52,931 nucleotides of DNA, filler included, from Bipalium vagum (GCA_037834085.1; 3 parts of 3 records of this genome joined end to end with filler, not necessarily neighbours in it), one strand, 5' to 3'. Positions 1 through 13,760 are shown, counted from the whole stretch's first letter. Numbers and translations are program-made. The notes: generated from the sequence alone by a model not told the origin.

Positions 1-71
<71 letters not shown>
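1..71. repeat. (AAT)n microsatellite
   Basis: Perfect AAT run from position 1; may be the (ATT)n 3' tail of the minus-strand remnant next to it. Confidence 0.97.
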
Positions 72-73
<2 letters not shown>

Positions 74-830
74 GTATCATTTAATGAAAATCAAATGAAA
101 ATCTAATTAAAAATTAATTCAAAATATAGTGAAATATTTGTATCAAAATTTGAAAGTAAATTATGCAAATAGTTGAACTAAATCCCTCCATATAAATTGG
201 TATTTAATATTTATAAACAATGGGGAATGAAGGCAATTTGGGCTTTGGTAATTAATCAAATTAGGGAAGAAAACGCAGTACAAAACAGAAAATGCCATTG
301 ATGGTTAATTGATAGACTCTGCTCAGTGTTGGGAAACATTTAACAACAGTCCGTGGAAGGGGATTTGTTTTTAGATAATTATATTGCAAACAATGACATC
401 GGCTTTGAAGATTTTATATGAAAACAATTAATTAAAATATTAACAAAAATAATACCAAGATATTTCCAAAAGAACACTAATGCCATTTGGATAAAAGTGA
501 AATACATTTCTGAATGGAATTCCTTTAATCAATGATGATAGGGTTTCGGAAACAAAGGGTCAGGTCCTTCAATATGTGCAATTCTTTTTATCGTTATTCT
601 TTTGCAGACAGATTTACTAATACTTTTTCCATACTTCAGCCAACCCACTTTGTTTTTGTCTTTCCTGGAAACATTTTATATTTATATCTGTTTGTCCGAT
701 TAAGTTGTTGGATAAATAATTATAAAGGTTCAAAGCAATCAAGGTTTTATTTATTTCTCTCTTATATTTTAATTTAAAGTTGAGCAGTTTTAAGTTTTCA
801 AAAGACACTGAGACCTGTTCAATCTTCAAC
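72..830 (-). mobile_element. Possible 3' remnant of a non-LTR retrotransposon (LINE)
   Basis: Broken minus-strand frames give ...VWKK... and ...EQSLSINHQWHFLFCTAF..., loosely like a LINE ORF2 C-terminal Cys/His region, ending in an (ATT)n tail. Weak. Confidence 0.3.
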
Positions 831-1430
831 TTTAGAAAAATATGATATCAAAATATTTAATAAAATTTTAAAAATATAAAGTTCAATTTCAAAGAACAAA
901 AAAGAGCGAGAAAAAACAGATCCATTGAAATGCTTGACCAAAAGGTCGTGTCGACATAATTAAATAGGTTTACTTCTTAACTTTATCATTATTCCATAAT
1001 AAAAAGTCAAATCTTTTCTAATAAAATGATACTCATGAAGCATTAATACAAAATAATTATAAATTGGGTTGGTGAATAAATTCTGCATTATTTTTATCTA
1101 ATAAAATCAAAATCAATTATTTTATTTGAAGAATCATCAATCGAACTTTGTTTAAATAATATTTATTAAATATTGCGGTAATTTAATTGTGTAACATAAA
1201 CATTTTCTATTAATTGTATTTTCAGAATGGATAAGTCTGATTAAACTAAGGGCGAAAATCTGGCGCATAAATTGGTACTGATAAAATTATGTGATTAGAA
1301 ATAAAAATTAAACAATAACTATTTTTTATTCATTTTGTCATCTTCCAAAATCTCCTGCTTAGAGGACGTTTAAGGTTGAAGATTTTGTAGTTTATCTTTT
1401 CCAGCAACTAAACTTTTGCAACATAAGTTA

Positions 1431-1916
1431 CATGGTTCTCTCAAAAAGTTTCTGGACAAGCCTAATAAGCATGTTAATTTTTAAAAGATTTTTATATCAT
1501 TTAAAGCCACCAGTTTGTGATAGTTACTATACAGAAATTTATTCGTGTGTGTTTATTTTATTGACGTCTCCATTTAAAAGTATCTTTGTCTGACTTTGCC
1601 TCACTGACTACAAATGGACGATGCTCCGGTTCACACAAGCCGTATCACTCAAGAAGCAATCGACAAGGAAGAATTAATGCTCTTACTTCACTCACCGTAC
1701 AGTCCTGATTTGGTCCCTTCTGATTACTGTCTTTTTTGAAAATGGATAAACCGCCTTCGTGGAATGATGTTTGAGTCATCATATGACTTAGAGGAGACTG
1801 CTCGCTCTTTCTTTGATGAGCTTCCTATGGATATTTACCATGATGCGTTTAATGACCTTCCGGTTGTCTGGACAACATATATTGATGCTGATAGGAACTG
1901 GTTTGAAAATGTATGA
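1431..1916 (+). mobile_element. Internally deleted mariner (DD34D) relic, transposase C-terminus
   Basis: TA then TIR-like CATGGTTCTCTCAAAAAGTTTCTGGAC. From ~1608 it reads LQMDDAPVHTSRITQEAI..LLLHSPYSPDLVPSDYCLF*..RGMMF..DRNWFENV* (YSPDLAPSD motif). Confidence 0.9.
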
Positions 1917-2475
1917 TGTTGTACTTGTAAAATGTTAGAGAATGGCAGTGATAGGATTGATAGAGAATCACCTAAGAGAAAGGTTTCCACTTTCATGGTT
2001 TGCATTTAAATATTTATGAATTTTCTTATTTTGTCAATAGAGATTGTATGATTATTTTCAATAAAGTTTTGTTTGAAAATTTTTATAATAATTAATAAAA
2101 CATATTTTGTTTTAATATTTTAAAAAATGTTTCATTTTATATAAATATATCGATTATAATTTTCAAAATTCTTTTCATAAATATAAGTTTCAGAAAAATA
2201 AAAAAGTATCGAAATAGTTTAAAATTTTATGCAAAATATATTTTTTAAATAATTTATTTTAAATAAAGTTAGCCTTTATTTAATAAAAAAAAATAAAAAA
2301 AAGACCTGATAAATTTTTGTTTGATTTTATAAATCATAAAAAAAATAATATTAACAAATTTGATATCTTATCATTGAATAAAGGCATTCTTATTTTGCTT
2401 TTTAAAAAACACATTTCAAAAATAAAATTAATACTCCTTAAGTTTTTAAATTAATTTTTTAATTTCATAAATTTA

Positions 2476-3190
2476 CAGGGGTTTTAATCTCATTTCAAAT
2501 ACATATCTTCTTATGCCTTATATGATGAATCCAAATTGTTCTTCGTCATGAGGTAGGCTTCAATATATCCATGCGCTCAAGAAAAGGAAGATCATTTTGT
2601 GGAAAGAGAACAATTTATGTTGTACGTGTGTTGCGGTCACGTAACATCTCCGCCTGTTGCCCAATGAATAAAAATGGAATTGTCCATTATCACGCACAGA
2701 CGACTGCATTTAACACGATTACATTTCAGGCGTTTATAACCGAATTAATAGCAAAAGATTTAATTCGAGAACATGAATCTGTAGTAATTATAATGGACAA
2801 TGTTCCATTCCACAAATCGACAGTCATACGTGAAATGGTAGAAGAATGGGATCATAGGGTATTGTTTTTGCCTCCTTATTCTCCGTTTCTAAATCATATT
2901 GAGAACGTATTCTCAAAATGGAAACAAAGCATCAGAAAAGCTCGTCCTGAAAAAGAAAAAAAAGGAAATTTAATAAGCGCTGATGATTGTAATTCTTATT
3001 ACAGACACATGTTTAAATTCCTAACAAAATGTATTAATAAGGAGCCCACCTATGATGATTAAATGTTTATATGTAAAGACATGCAATACATCTTCTTATT
3101 TTTATTCTTTGAAATTGATTTATTTTTGAAATTGATTTACAAAAATTTGAAATGAAGTTACAAATAGTTGAAATGAGGTTATAAACCCTG
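2476..3190 (+). mobile_element. Internally deleted IS630/Tc1-type DD34E element with both TIRs and TA target duplication
   Basis: TA|CAGGGGTTTTAATCTCATTTCAA ... TTGAAATGAGGTTATAAACCCTG|TA. ORF 2571-3062 has IIMDNVPFH-(34 aa D to E)-LPPYSPFLNHIENVFSKWK. Subterminal TTGAAAT(T/G)A repeats at 3109-3175. Confidence 0.93.
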
Positions 3191-4349
3191 TATATACCTT
3201 CTATTTGTTTTAACGAACTTCGCAGATTTTAACTTAATTAGATTTCGTATCTCATTTTTAATATTTCTTAATTTTTATTAATTTCTAAGTTTTATATTAA
3301 TAAATTTTATATATTAATAGAAATAATGCTAAATAAGTTATTTATTTTCTCATGTTATCAGTATTGATAATAATAATAATAAAAATAAAACAAATTTTAT
3401 AAATAATAACGATATCATTTTAACGGTAATTAGAACTTAACGAGCTATAAACCATTAAAGTCGTCAATTTGAAGAAATCAAATTATTAATAAATCTTATT
3501 CTAATTGATTTAATTTCACCATTCGATCAATGATTTACTGAAGATCAGGTTTTCTCTTCAAATAATTGAGTTGGCAATTCCATTTCCTGTTGTACATGAA
3601 TGAAGGAAGAATCTGCTAATTCTCAACCCATGTAACTGATGATTTATTGGATCCAAGACTCAAAGAGAACGATGTACTGAAAAGGAGAAAGATGAATGTT
3701 TGAGTTGCTGAAATGGAAATAAATGAAAATTATTAAAAGAAAATAAATTTAGAAAAATAAAATAATTATAAAAAGTTTTTCTATGAAATAGTTTTTATAT
3801 AAAATTATATTTTTATAAATAATCAATAAAATGGTAAAAATTAAATTATTATAAATAAAAAAATAAAATTTAATAATAAAAATAATAATATTATTTTACT
3901 TTTAATTTAATAATTTTATGAAAAAACAAAAATACTAAAAACAAGTAAATAATAAAAAGATTTGGAAATATCACATTTATCAAAATAAATAAATGTTAAA
4001 AATTAGAAAAAAATTTTTAAAAAAAATTTTATATATAAATATATTATTTTAAGTAAATAAAAATGATTTCCATTTTTGTAAATAATTAAAATTCTCAATT
4101 TTAGAATAGAAAATTAATTATAACTGCATATTTTACCTTCGGGTATTTTTATTATTGATTAATTTATTTTTATTTGAAATAAAATAATTTTAAAGTGATT
4201 TCAAAACGGATATAATGACAAAAAAGAGTTACTCTTTTTTGAATTATATTAAAGTTTAATATTAAAAAAGTATTATAATAATATTTCCACAATAAAAAAT
4301 TATAATATTAATTTTATAATTTATTTAATTTTTTTATTATCGAATAATT

Positions 4350-4403
4350 AATAAGAAATATTAATTAATATTAATTAATACTAATTAATATTAATTAATA
4401 TTA

Positions 4404-4446
<43 letters not shown>

Positions 4447-4480
4447 TTAATATTAATTAATAATAATTAATAAGAAATAT
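4350..4480. repeat. AT-only low-complexity tract, (TTAATTAATA)n plus (AAT)n
   Basis: Tandem 10-mers followed by an AAT run. Confidence 0.85.
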
Positions 4481-5078
4481 TATATATTATTATTGTTAAA
4501 CAGAAATATTATTACAAAACTATGAAAAAGTTTTCCATTTAATAAATCATTTTTTATCATTTTCGCACTTTTATTTTACAGAAATTACTTTTCAAGTATA
4601 AAGTAAATAATTATTTTTACATAATAATTTTTAATTATATAAACACGTTGGGATATTTGATACAAAACAAACTTTTCATCGTCTTGCAACACTTCATAAA
4701 AAGAATTAATTTATATTAGTTATATTTTATTTTTTTAGAATTATATTTACATTAAATCAATTAGATAATATAATGTACATGAAAAAATTTATTATTTATT
4801 TAATTATTATTTAAAAATATTTACATGTTTTTCTTTGGTAATAAATAAAGATTTGTACAATCAAATAATAATAATTTTTTAAAAACTTCACTTTTGTTTG
4901 ATTTTTTATTAACGATTAAGTTTTGGTTGTAAATAAAGATTAATTAAATTAAAAATATTTAAAATTTATTATACATAATACAAAGATTATTTAAAATTTT
5001 TTGCCAGCTTACAACTAATTTAATAAAAAATATTTTTAATTATATACTAAATTAACTTAAAAATGATTTTATAAAATA

Positions 5079-5900
5079 TTAGGTCATCCAAAAGTAATAT
5101 CCGCTTTTTGACAAATTCATTAAAAGTTTAAATAAATTAATCAATAAACTAATATTGAGTGCCAAATGAAATTGATCAATGTAATATATCAGCAGAGGTC
5201 ATGGAGAAATTTAATTCTGTTTATAAAGAAGCGTTGAATCAGAGGAAGATACAAAGAAGATTTTCAAATTTTCAATCTGGAAGCTTTGATTTAGAAGATG
5301 CTTAAAAATCAGGAAAACCACCGGCAATAGTGACCATTTTCTTTGCGATTTGATAGATGAAGGTCTTCAGGTGAACATGGATGAAACCTCAGAAACTTTT
5401 GAGGCACTTGGATTAACAATATCAACCTCAAATCAATTAATAAAAATTTTCTTGAAGAAAGCCACATCTATTACAGTCCCCGCCAAAAGCCTTTGGCCAC
5501 CATGTATAAAAGCCTAGTTTATCTTTTAGTTATTTATTCTTTAGTTATTTATTTTTTTATTGATAAATTTTGATTAATGATTTAATAATATTTTCTAATG
5601 TCGTTAACGTTCTTTAAATTTGTAGTTAATAAATATTAATGACTAGAATCATATAAATCTTTTTTTCCAGAATTTTGAGAGTGGCCAAAGATTTTTGGCG
5701 GGGATTGTAATTGAAACGTAAAAATATAACGAATATCAATCTGCAATTCATTGCTTACTAAACTAAAAAAATCATCTTTTTCTCAATCAAACCAAAAATC
5801 CATGAATGGCTGTTGAACGTTTATCAAAATGCAACAAATGAAATAAGTTTTTATAATATGATTGAAAAAATCTAAAAGTAAAACCCGTAAAATATCTTTT
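5079..5900 (+). mobile_element. Degenerate mariner 5' half, interrupted by a MITE
   Basis: TIR-like TATTAGGTCATCCAAAAGTAATATCCG; translation SAEVMEKFNSVYKEALNQRKIQRRFSNFQSGSFDLEDA*KSGKP matches the mariner HTH motif WF..F.SG.F.LED..RSGRP. Confidence 0.8.
5474..5707. mobile_element. Tc1/mariner-type MITE (~234 bp)
   Basis: TA|CAGTCCCCGCCAAAAGCCTTTGGCCAC ... GTGGCCAAAGATTTTTGGCGGGGATTG|TA; ~27 bp TIRs, non-coding AT-rich core. Confidence 0.92.
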
Positions 5901-6099
5901 ATTTTTTGGATTTGAAAAATACTTTTTTAATTGATTTTCTGAAAAAATCCCATTGACATAGATTAAATATTAAACATTAGTCAAACTTAATAGAATATTG
6001 AAAGATATAGGAAAATATTAAAGGATTTCCAAAATTAGTAGGGTTTCATGATCTTGTACACTATATTTAGAAATCTAAAGAAAGATATTTTGATAAGAT

Positions 6100-6790
6100 T
6101 TCCTTAATGTACGAAGACAATGCACGAAAACAAGAATAATTGGATAAATCACCCAGTGTAACACAACAAGCTGTTTCAAACTGGTTATATGGTCTGATGA
6201 CTGTAGGTAAGGAAAGTGGGTATCTTATGGATTAAACTAAAGAAACTAATAACAGAGAAAAGCACTTCAGAAAAAGTCTTCCATCTTATTGTCGCTAGAA
6301 ATGAAAAAAATAATTTGTTTTAACAATCCAGGTCACCCTACTATTTCAACCGCAAAACGCAACTTTCATTTACAAGAGGTATTATTGTGTGTTTGGAAGA
6401 ATCAAAAAGATATTATTTACTATGCTGTATTTAAAAAAGAAGAAACTGTTGTTATGGAAATCAAATTTAAATGAGGAACTCACAGTAAAACGACCAAAAG
6501 AGTCTACATGGGACAGTGATATTGCTAAATGACAACATTCTGGCTTCATGTTGCCAAAATTGTGAAAGACATGTATTACCACACACAATGTACTCACCGG
6601 ACATTGATCCGTGGGATTATCACCTGTTGCGGTACATTGCAGAAGGTTTTTCTAAGCAGAAATTCAAGAATTATGAAGATGTTCAAAAAAGGCTAAATCA
6701 TTGGATTTCGTCAAAACACCATCATAACAAAATTCACAAATTGCTCAGTGTTGGAAAACGTTGACAGGAACGATAGAAAGTATTTGTAAT
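6100..6790 (+). pseudogene. Mariner (DD34D) transposase pseudogene
   Basis: VTQQAVSNWL, GHPTISTAKRNFH..VLLCVWKNQKDIIYY, ILLNDN..VLPHTMYSPDIDPWDYHLLR in frameshifted ORFs 6289-6474 and 6516-6764. Confidence 0.9.
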
Positions 6791-8558
6791 AAAAATTTCA
6801 TTTGGTTTTCCCCTTTGTCATTGATTTTAATAACTTTCTATAAAATTTATATTATGATCATTAAAACAAAATTAAATTCAAAGATAATATTTTATATTTT
6901 TTTTACAATAAATACCAAATTATCACCAACTTTGATAAATTTTATGACTTGTAATTCACATATCCCCTATTCCTATTCCTAAAATAAGTGGAAATAAAAT
7001 TTTCTTTTTCAGGTTTGATGAGGATTATGACATATAAAAGCAAGAGAACTGTCAGGCAAAAAATTCATTTTATATATTTATTTAATTTTTAATATATTAA
7101 TAATATAAATTATGAAATTTTCTTACATACCGGTTGTAATTTTTTTGTTTATATTTCTATAATAACCAAATGGTAAATATCGATATTTTATCAAATTATG
7201 TGTGATACTTTTATTTAATTGATTAAAATGTATATTATCAAATATTAATAACTGAAGAACTTATAAACTTATCGATCAGTTTTCTTTTCAGTAAAATGGT
7301 TTTGCATTATGCAGTCCACATGTTGAATAGTTTTCAATGTTTTAGCATTCGTTATATCCTTTCGCTACCCTGACTTGATTTGATAGATTAACTGAGATAT
7401 TAGAATAAGACAAAAATAATGATAAAAGCCAAATTAACTTCAATCTCAAAAATGTCACAAAACTTGAATAATAATAAGTTTATGATAAATGAATCTAAAA
7501 ATTAAACAAGTCTGTGCAAAAGGCATTTCAGTAAAACCTTTTTTACAAAAATAGTCACTTCATTTACTTTCGTTTTATTATATTTAAGAATTTATTAAAA
7601 TTCGTAATGTCCGTTACATAATACTTTTTTCTGTCACTAAAAATATTTGTAATCACTAATTTTTCGTTATAACCGAAAAAATAATGTAATTCTTCCTCCA
7701 GGTGCTACTGCCAGTAATGTGTTTTACGTAATAATCGATTTAATAATCGATCCGGAATATTTAAAAATATAAAATATCAAAAATATTTTCATTATTATAT
7801 ATAATTGAATCATAAAGAAAATATTAAATAAAATCAACAATATTTCAATCATTTTGAGACTAGAAATTTGTTAAAACTAATTTTTCTGACAGGTCTATTA
7901 ACTTTATCGTGTCAAAATCTTGTCAACAGTTTGACAGTACCTTCCATTCTTCTTCAAATTAATTAAAATGTTATACTATATTTTTATGTTGTATGAAAAA
8001 TATAATATAATATTTAAATTCTAAATTTTCAAAAGAGAGTAGTCAATATAAACTGTGTTTTGTCTGTGTTATTGGTAAATGTATCAATATTTTCCAATCA
8101 TAATTTTGGAATAAAAGTATTATTAATATTTAATTTTTTCATGAAAGAAATTACAGAGTACCAACAGTATTATAATTTGTTTAATAAAATTTGACTATTT
8201 TTTTTATTAATATTTTAAATTTTCATTAATAATGACTGGGCTAAGTTTGCTTTCATTATTGGGAAAGGATGTTTCAGTTTTCAGAATTGTTGAATTTGAC
8301 TTAGTCAAAGTTGATAATTTAAATAAAGCCTGGAATTTTATTAATAAATAATAATTCACTTAACCCTCTTATTGGGTCTACCAGATGAGTAGTCTTCATA
8401 AGTGGGATGGAATTATGTTGAAAATAACAATTAAAACAAATGTATGGAAGCATTCATCGATTTTCTTTTGAGTCACATTTCCCTTACATTGCCGTAACAT
8501 CATCGTGAAATGCTCAAAATAATCAATGTCAAGGTTTTCACAATTTTTCCCTGAAATA

Positions 8559-9487
8559 CAGGGTACCCATAAAAGAATCGTACGAAAAAAATCAATATTT
8601 TACGTGCTAAAGGATTGATCTTAAGCTTAATGCTCAATTGGAATTTATCATTGAAAGTTATTATTAAACTCCATACTTGAGTTATTTTCATACACGTTTT
8701 CTATATTTTATTTACGATCATAATAATTGTTCAAGAGAAAGCGCAATGTGTATGGTAGTTTGCAGAACTTAAGTCTGTTGTTGAAGTGAAGAAAACATTT
8801 AGAAGCACTTATGGAAAAGAACTATGGAAAATTGAACTACTATCGTGAATCAATTTATCTATCAAAAGCTCTGTTTCTGGTAAATGGAAGTGTAGAGAAA
8901 GAAAAAAGTATTGGAAGACTGAGTATTTCTAAGAAAAAGATTGATCGCATTCGTCAGAAATATTCCAATAATCCCAAGCAATCATTGTGATATGCAAGCA
9001 GGGAATTACAAATACCTCGTTCTACAGTGCACAAAGTAATTCGTAAGCGCCTTTACCTTTATTAGTACAAAATTCATCGTTTTCATAAGTTGTATGCGAA
9101 GGACAAGATTAATCGCTCTAATTTTGCTGTGAATATGCCGGAACAATTAGGAAACGATCCGCATTTCCTTGAAAAATTCCTGCTTACCGATGAGGCAACC
9201 TTTCATTTATCAGGGATTGTAAATAGACATAATTGCAGAATATGGGGTTCTGAGAGCTCATATGTTAATTCAGAGCATGAAAGAGATACTCCAAAATTAA
9301 ATGTGTGATGTGGCCTTTTTCATAATCAAATTATAGGTCATTTCTTCTTTAAGGAGAAAACTATAACAGCTACAAGTTACCTTTCTATGATCCAACAAAA
9401 TATCCTCAAAAAGCTCCAAGGAAATTACACTTTTATTCTTCAACAAGATCCGCCGCCACACGGTAAGGTTCTTTTATGAACACCCTG
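8559..9487 (+). mobile_element. rosa/DD41D-like Tc1/mariner element, 3'-deleted, both TIRs
   Basis: TA|CAGGGTACCCATAAAAGAATCGTACG ... CGGTAAGGTTCTTTTATGAACACCCTG|TA. Protein: QEKAQCVW*FAELKSVVEV..RELQIPRSTVHKVIRKRL..LTDEATFHLSGIVNRHNCRIWGSE..LNV*CGL..ILQQDPPPH, then truncated. Confidence 0.92.
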
Positions 9488-9799
9488 TATAATATTTTAA
9501 GTATTTCAAGACGGATGTTAGGTAACTTGATAGTTATTTATTCAGTAATCTTACCCTTATTATCATCTTTAATTGTTCCGTATGAAATGCAACTGTGGTC
9601 ATTTTCTCATACGACAAAATTAATTATATTTAGTTATATATCTATATCTGGATTATTTATAACGGGTGATAACTGGAAATCTGGACTAATTTAATCTTTA
9701 CCAACAAAGTACCAAACAGCAATTTTTAAAATAAAATTATTTTAAAAATTTTGGGTTTTTTAAATTAGTCTCGATTTCTGTTCCTCATGCGTCCTCACA

Positions 9800-10180
9800 T
9801 AATAAATTTCACCAAGACATTTCTCATAAGGAAAAACGGTACCAAGGAAAGTGGAATGATTGCAGACTACTGTAGGAGTATTCAGCGGGGAACAGATGAT
9901 TCGAATTAAACAAGGCGATCCAAAAGCACTTCCTTCCAGTCAGACGCTTGAGTTTATATTGATTGTCTTTTATGTCTAATTTTAGTAATGTTATTTATCA
10001 TTTATAAGTATACATTTGTGGTTATGGTCTCCATAAATTTTTATTGTATGAAAAATTATCTCAAAATCTAAATGTGATATGAAAATTCCAATGACAGATT
10101 TGGAACCAGCATGAGGAAATGTATAGGAAACCAAACGTTTTTTATTGGCCCAGAAAAAAGTTAAAAAATGTTGCTCAGTG
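9800..10180 (+). mobile_element. Chapaev3-like (CMC superfamily) DNA transposon, 3' end
   Basis: FHQDISHKEKRYQGKW..MIADYCRSIQR matches the ERFHQDI..MEKRYQG.W..MLADYCW motif; terminus ...AAAAAATGTTGCTCAGTG|TTA (CACTG-type TIR, TWA target). Confidence 0.8.
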
Positions 10181-10615
10181 TTATAAATGTATTACAAGAT
10201 CACTCTTTTTTCTCTCATGCAAAAATATCCTTTATAAAGATTATTCTAGGGCCTGAAATACGTTGTTCAAAAATAGATAACGAACTGCTACAATGATTCA
10301 ATGAAAAATAAATAAAGTCTGTTTATTTTTATTCAAACAAAGTAATATAAAAAAACAATTCGTTTTTTATTTCAGACCCACTCGGGTCAAACCCTAATAT
10401 AGGTCGATGAAAACAGAAAAAATATATTTGTGATAAACGCCGCTGGAAATACTTCTCCTTAAAGATGGAGCAATTACCTTAAGATATTATTAAAAATTAT
10501 TTTAACAAAGTAAATATTGGAAAAAAAATTAACATTTCACCCGTCATATAAAATTTCATCAATAAAAGATATCCTTCCCATTAAGAATGTGAAAAGAAAT
10601 ATTATTTCTCAACTG

Positions 10616-10646
<31 letters not shown>

Positions 10647-11619
10647 AAATAATACAAAAAAAATAAATCGAGTCGAGACATTATTAAAACAAGACTTTAC
10701 GAGAAATATTATTGCGGGTAAATAATCTTTTATTTGATAATGAAATGAATTACTGAAGAAAAATAATTGTCGAATAAAAAAACAAAAAAAAGTAATCTGG
10801 ATTTAGATAAATACTTTCCATCTACACATTTCACTCTGAAAGTGACATTTAGAAGTCTTGATTTTCAAGAATCTCACAAGGCTTCATACGTTATTTACAC
10901 GCCCATCAAAATATATTTATTTCATGGTTGATTAACGGAGCTTTATCAAATATATACCCATAAGGAAAATAGGAGAGAAAAATAATAATTTGTCAATTAT
11001 TAAAATTCCAATTATTTCTCTTCACAGAACAAGTGATGGTTGAAGCGGTTGGAAAACCAAATTGCCATGAAATTTTCAATTTTTATTTGTAATATCACAT
11101 CATAATTCAATAAAAAGTTTGCAGCTCTCTCTAAATTCAAATTAATTCTAAATAAAATTTATTAAAATATTGTGTAAATTAAATTTTTTTCTAATCTGAA
11201 ATTTGTTTTAATAAAGTCAAATTTTATGGAGAAAATATTTTTCAAAAAAATTATCTTGTAAACGATTATTGAATTAATTAGCGCTCAATGTGAAACCCTT
11301 AATGGGGCTGGAATATTAGGAAGAATAAAATATGAGTGATCCATTATAATATTTTGATTTATTAAAACAATAAATAGTTTAATTTAATTAAAAAATATTT
11401 TTGTCGGTTTTTTACGTGTCATAAACCAAAATTTTAAATAAAACAATTTTTTCCTTATTAATATTACCTGTTGAAGTGTAAATCATGCTTTGTTTGACTG
11501 AGGTTTATTTTTTATGGCATTATTAAAACAAATCTTGACTACATTGATTATGAGATTATTATAATATTATATAAAAATCGAACGAACTTATCTGACAACC
11601 TAAAATATTATATTACTGC

Positions 11620-12297
11620 AGAATCTCATGGACAATCGATTACGAAAATCAATTATCAGGTCTGATGAAAATTGGATTTACTTGATAAATCAAAACAAAC
11701 AAAGCCAATGGGTGAAGGCAAAATCGGTTTTGTAAGAAAGTAATGATCTGTGTTTGGTTGAATTTCGAAGGTGTCCTTCATTTCAAACGTATTCCAGATG
11801 GAAGTAAAAATAATTCAAATCTATACTGTGAACAACTAAACCGAGTCTTCGAAAAGCTTAAATAAAAATATCCCATACTTTTTCGTCGAAAAAGGGCTCT
11901 CTTTCACCATGATAATGCAAATCACACAGAGCAAAGAAGAGGCGAAAAACAAGTTCACAGAATTCGAAGGGCATCGAAGTTCTTCCACATTAACGATACA
12001 GTCCTGATGCCGCACCATCTGACAATCCACTTTTTTGGCTCAATGCAGCACTACCTGCTTGGCCTGGGATTCAAGTCAGTGGATGAAGTTGAAGAAGCAT
12101 GCAATGATTTCTTTCAATCAAAGAAAGGAATGGAATTTCAATCAGATTCGGATGCTTACAGATCGGTGGGAGAGCATTGTAAGGAATGGCGGACTTTACT
12201 TTGAAAATTAGATCAAACTGTTTTCGTTTTGTTTAATAAATTTTTATTATAATTTTTATTTTTCTGTCAGTGCTGCAGAACGTATTCCCCAATCTAA
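11620..12297 (+). mobile_element. Mariner (DD34D) 3' half with right TIR
   Basis: IIRSDENWIY, KVMICVWLNFEGVLHF, LFHHDNA, YSPDAAPSD..HFFGSMQHYL..RNGGLYFEN*; right TIR CTGCAGAACGTATTCCCCAATCTAA|TA. Confidence 0.9.
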
Positions 12298-12399
12298 TAA
12301 TATAATTCAGGTTAGAGCTGTAAAATTTCCATTTTTTAGCAAATAGTTTTTCATTAACATTACTAAAAATTACAACCGACTTAATAAAAATACTTTCCA

Positions 12400-13100
12400 T
12401 CTTTCAGACAAAAGATGGATATCAAGATGAAAAGGTCTTTGGAGTGATAAAATCTCAAAATATAATGCCATTAAGATGTCTCAGATTCCCAATAAGGCAT
12501 GAAGCCTGGGTTTTCTGTGGTGAAAAATCTCTATTTGTTTTGTTTTTCGCTTGTAATAACTGTTTCTTAACAAACTCTTGATTCAGGTGAATGAATTGTT
12601 GACTGTAAATTTCCCAGTGATAGTTTCAAATGATTTTAATACTTCTTAATAAAACACTTTCGGCATATCCCACCAGATACAAAAAGGAACCCTTTGACAC
12701 GAATATGTCGTCTTGATGGCATCTAGATGTACATTGAATATATCATGGCATATTATCATTACTTTCTCTAGTCACAATTTAGAACAAAAAAGAAATGTTT
12801 TTGTCTCTATCGGAGAGAGTTGACAGATACTGAGGTGGCTGGCTGTCAGATAATTCATTATGAGTCCATTTTGTTTCCCTTTGACTTATCCTAACTAGTG
12901 CAAGGTCGAAGTGCAACTGTTCGACATGTAACCCTCTTGTCATTTCTAACTCAACTGATTCGAATCGTTTTCCAATAATTCTTTCAAGTGTTTAAATCAT
13001 TGAAAGAAATCACAGGTTTCGTTATTTAAATTATCGGTGGCTATGACCAGTCATTTTATAAATTATTCAGAATTCTTTTAGAAACTGTTTTTAAGCTTGA
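12400..13100 (-). pseudogene. Degenerate mariner transposase
   Basis: Minus strand gives KWTHNELS and FCIWWDMPKVFY*EVLKSFETITG..SQQFIHL. Confidence 0.75.
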
Positions 13101-13199
13101 TTGAATGAAATTAGCATAAATAAAATTAAAAATTTTCATCCTTTTTTAATGACCCTTATACTCATATTTAGTAAAAATCAAAACTTATTAAATCTTTAA

Positions 13200-13760
13200 A
13201 TGACTTCAGGCAAATGGTTTTTTGATTTTTGAGAGGTACAAACAAGACTCTTTCTCGATCGAATGACCCAATGGTGATAAGACGTGAATTAAACCCGATA
13301 ATGTGATAGGTAAACAAAATTGAAGGTTTACCTGATTTAGTGCTACTGTCTTTTCCAAAGCTCATTATTATGTGAAAACATCAATCCTATGCAAGTCATG
13401 AAACAAACAAAGTTTGCTTCATTATGAGTTACTTTCTAAAGATGAAACCATTACAGATGATGTCTATTATGCCCTGTTGTATCCGATTAAATCAAAAAAT
13501 CATAGTCACGGATCAAATAATAGGTAAAAGTTATTCAGCAAAAAGATAATGACTTTTCAATGATTAAACAAAAGTGTTGTCACATCCATGGTTTTGTTTT
13601 TAGTTTTCCAACAATTTCGATAGCTATAACAATTTATGAATGAAAAACAATTTCCTGCAAAGGTTCGGTTCAAAAAAAAGAAATTTAATCCAAGGGGACT
13701 GATTTACTACATGAAAGATGAGTATTGTTATGGATACTTGTAAAAATTATTTCACTGAAT
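13200..13760 (+). pseudogene. Highly degenerate mariner transposase
   Basis: LFLDRMT..GDKT*IKPDNV and YELLSKDETITDDVYY match FL.RI.TGDEKWI.YDN and YELL...TI....Y motifs. Confidence 0.65.

Noticed and set aside
8360-8520. TTAA|CCCT piggyBac-like terminus
   Set aside because: No partner end or convincing transposase motif found.
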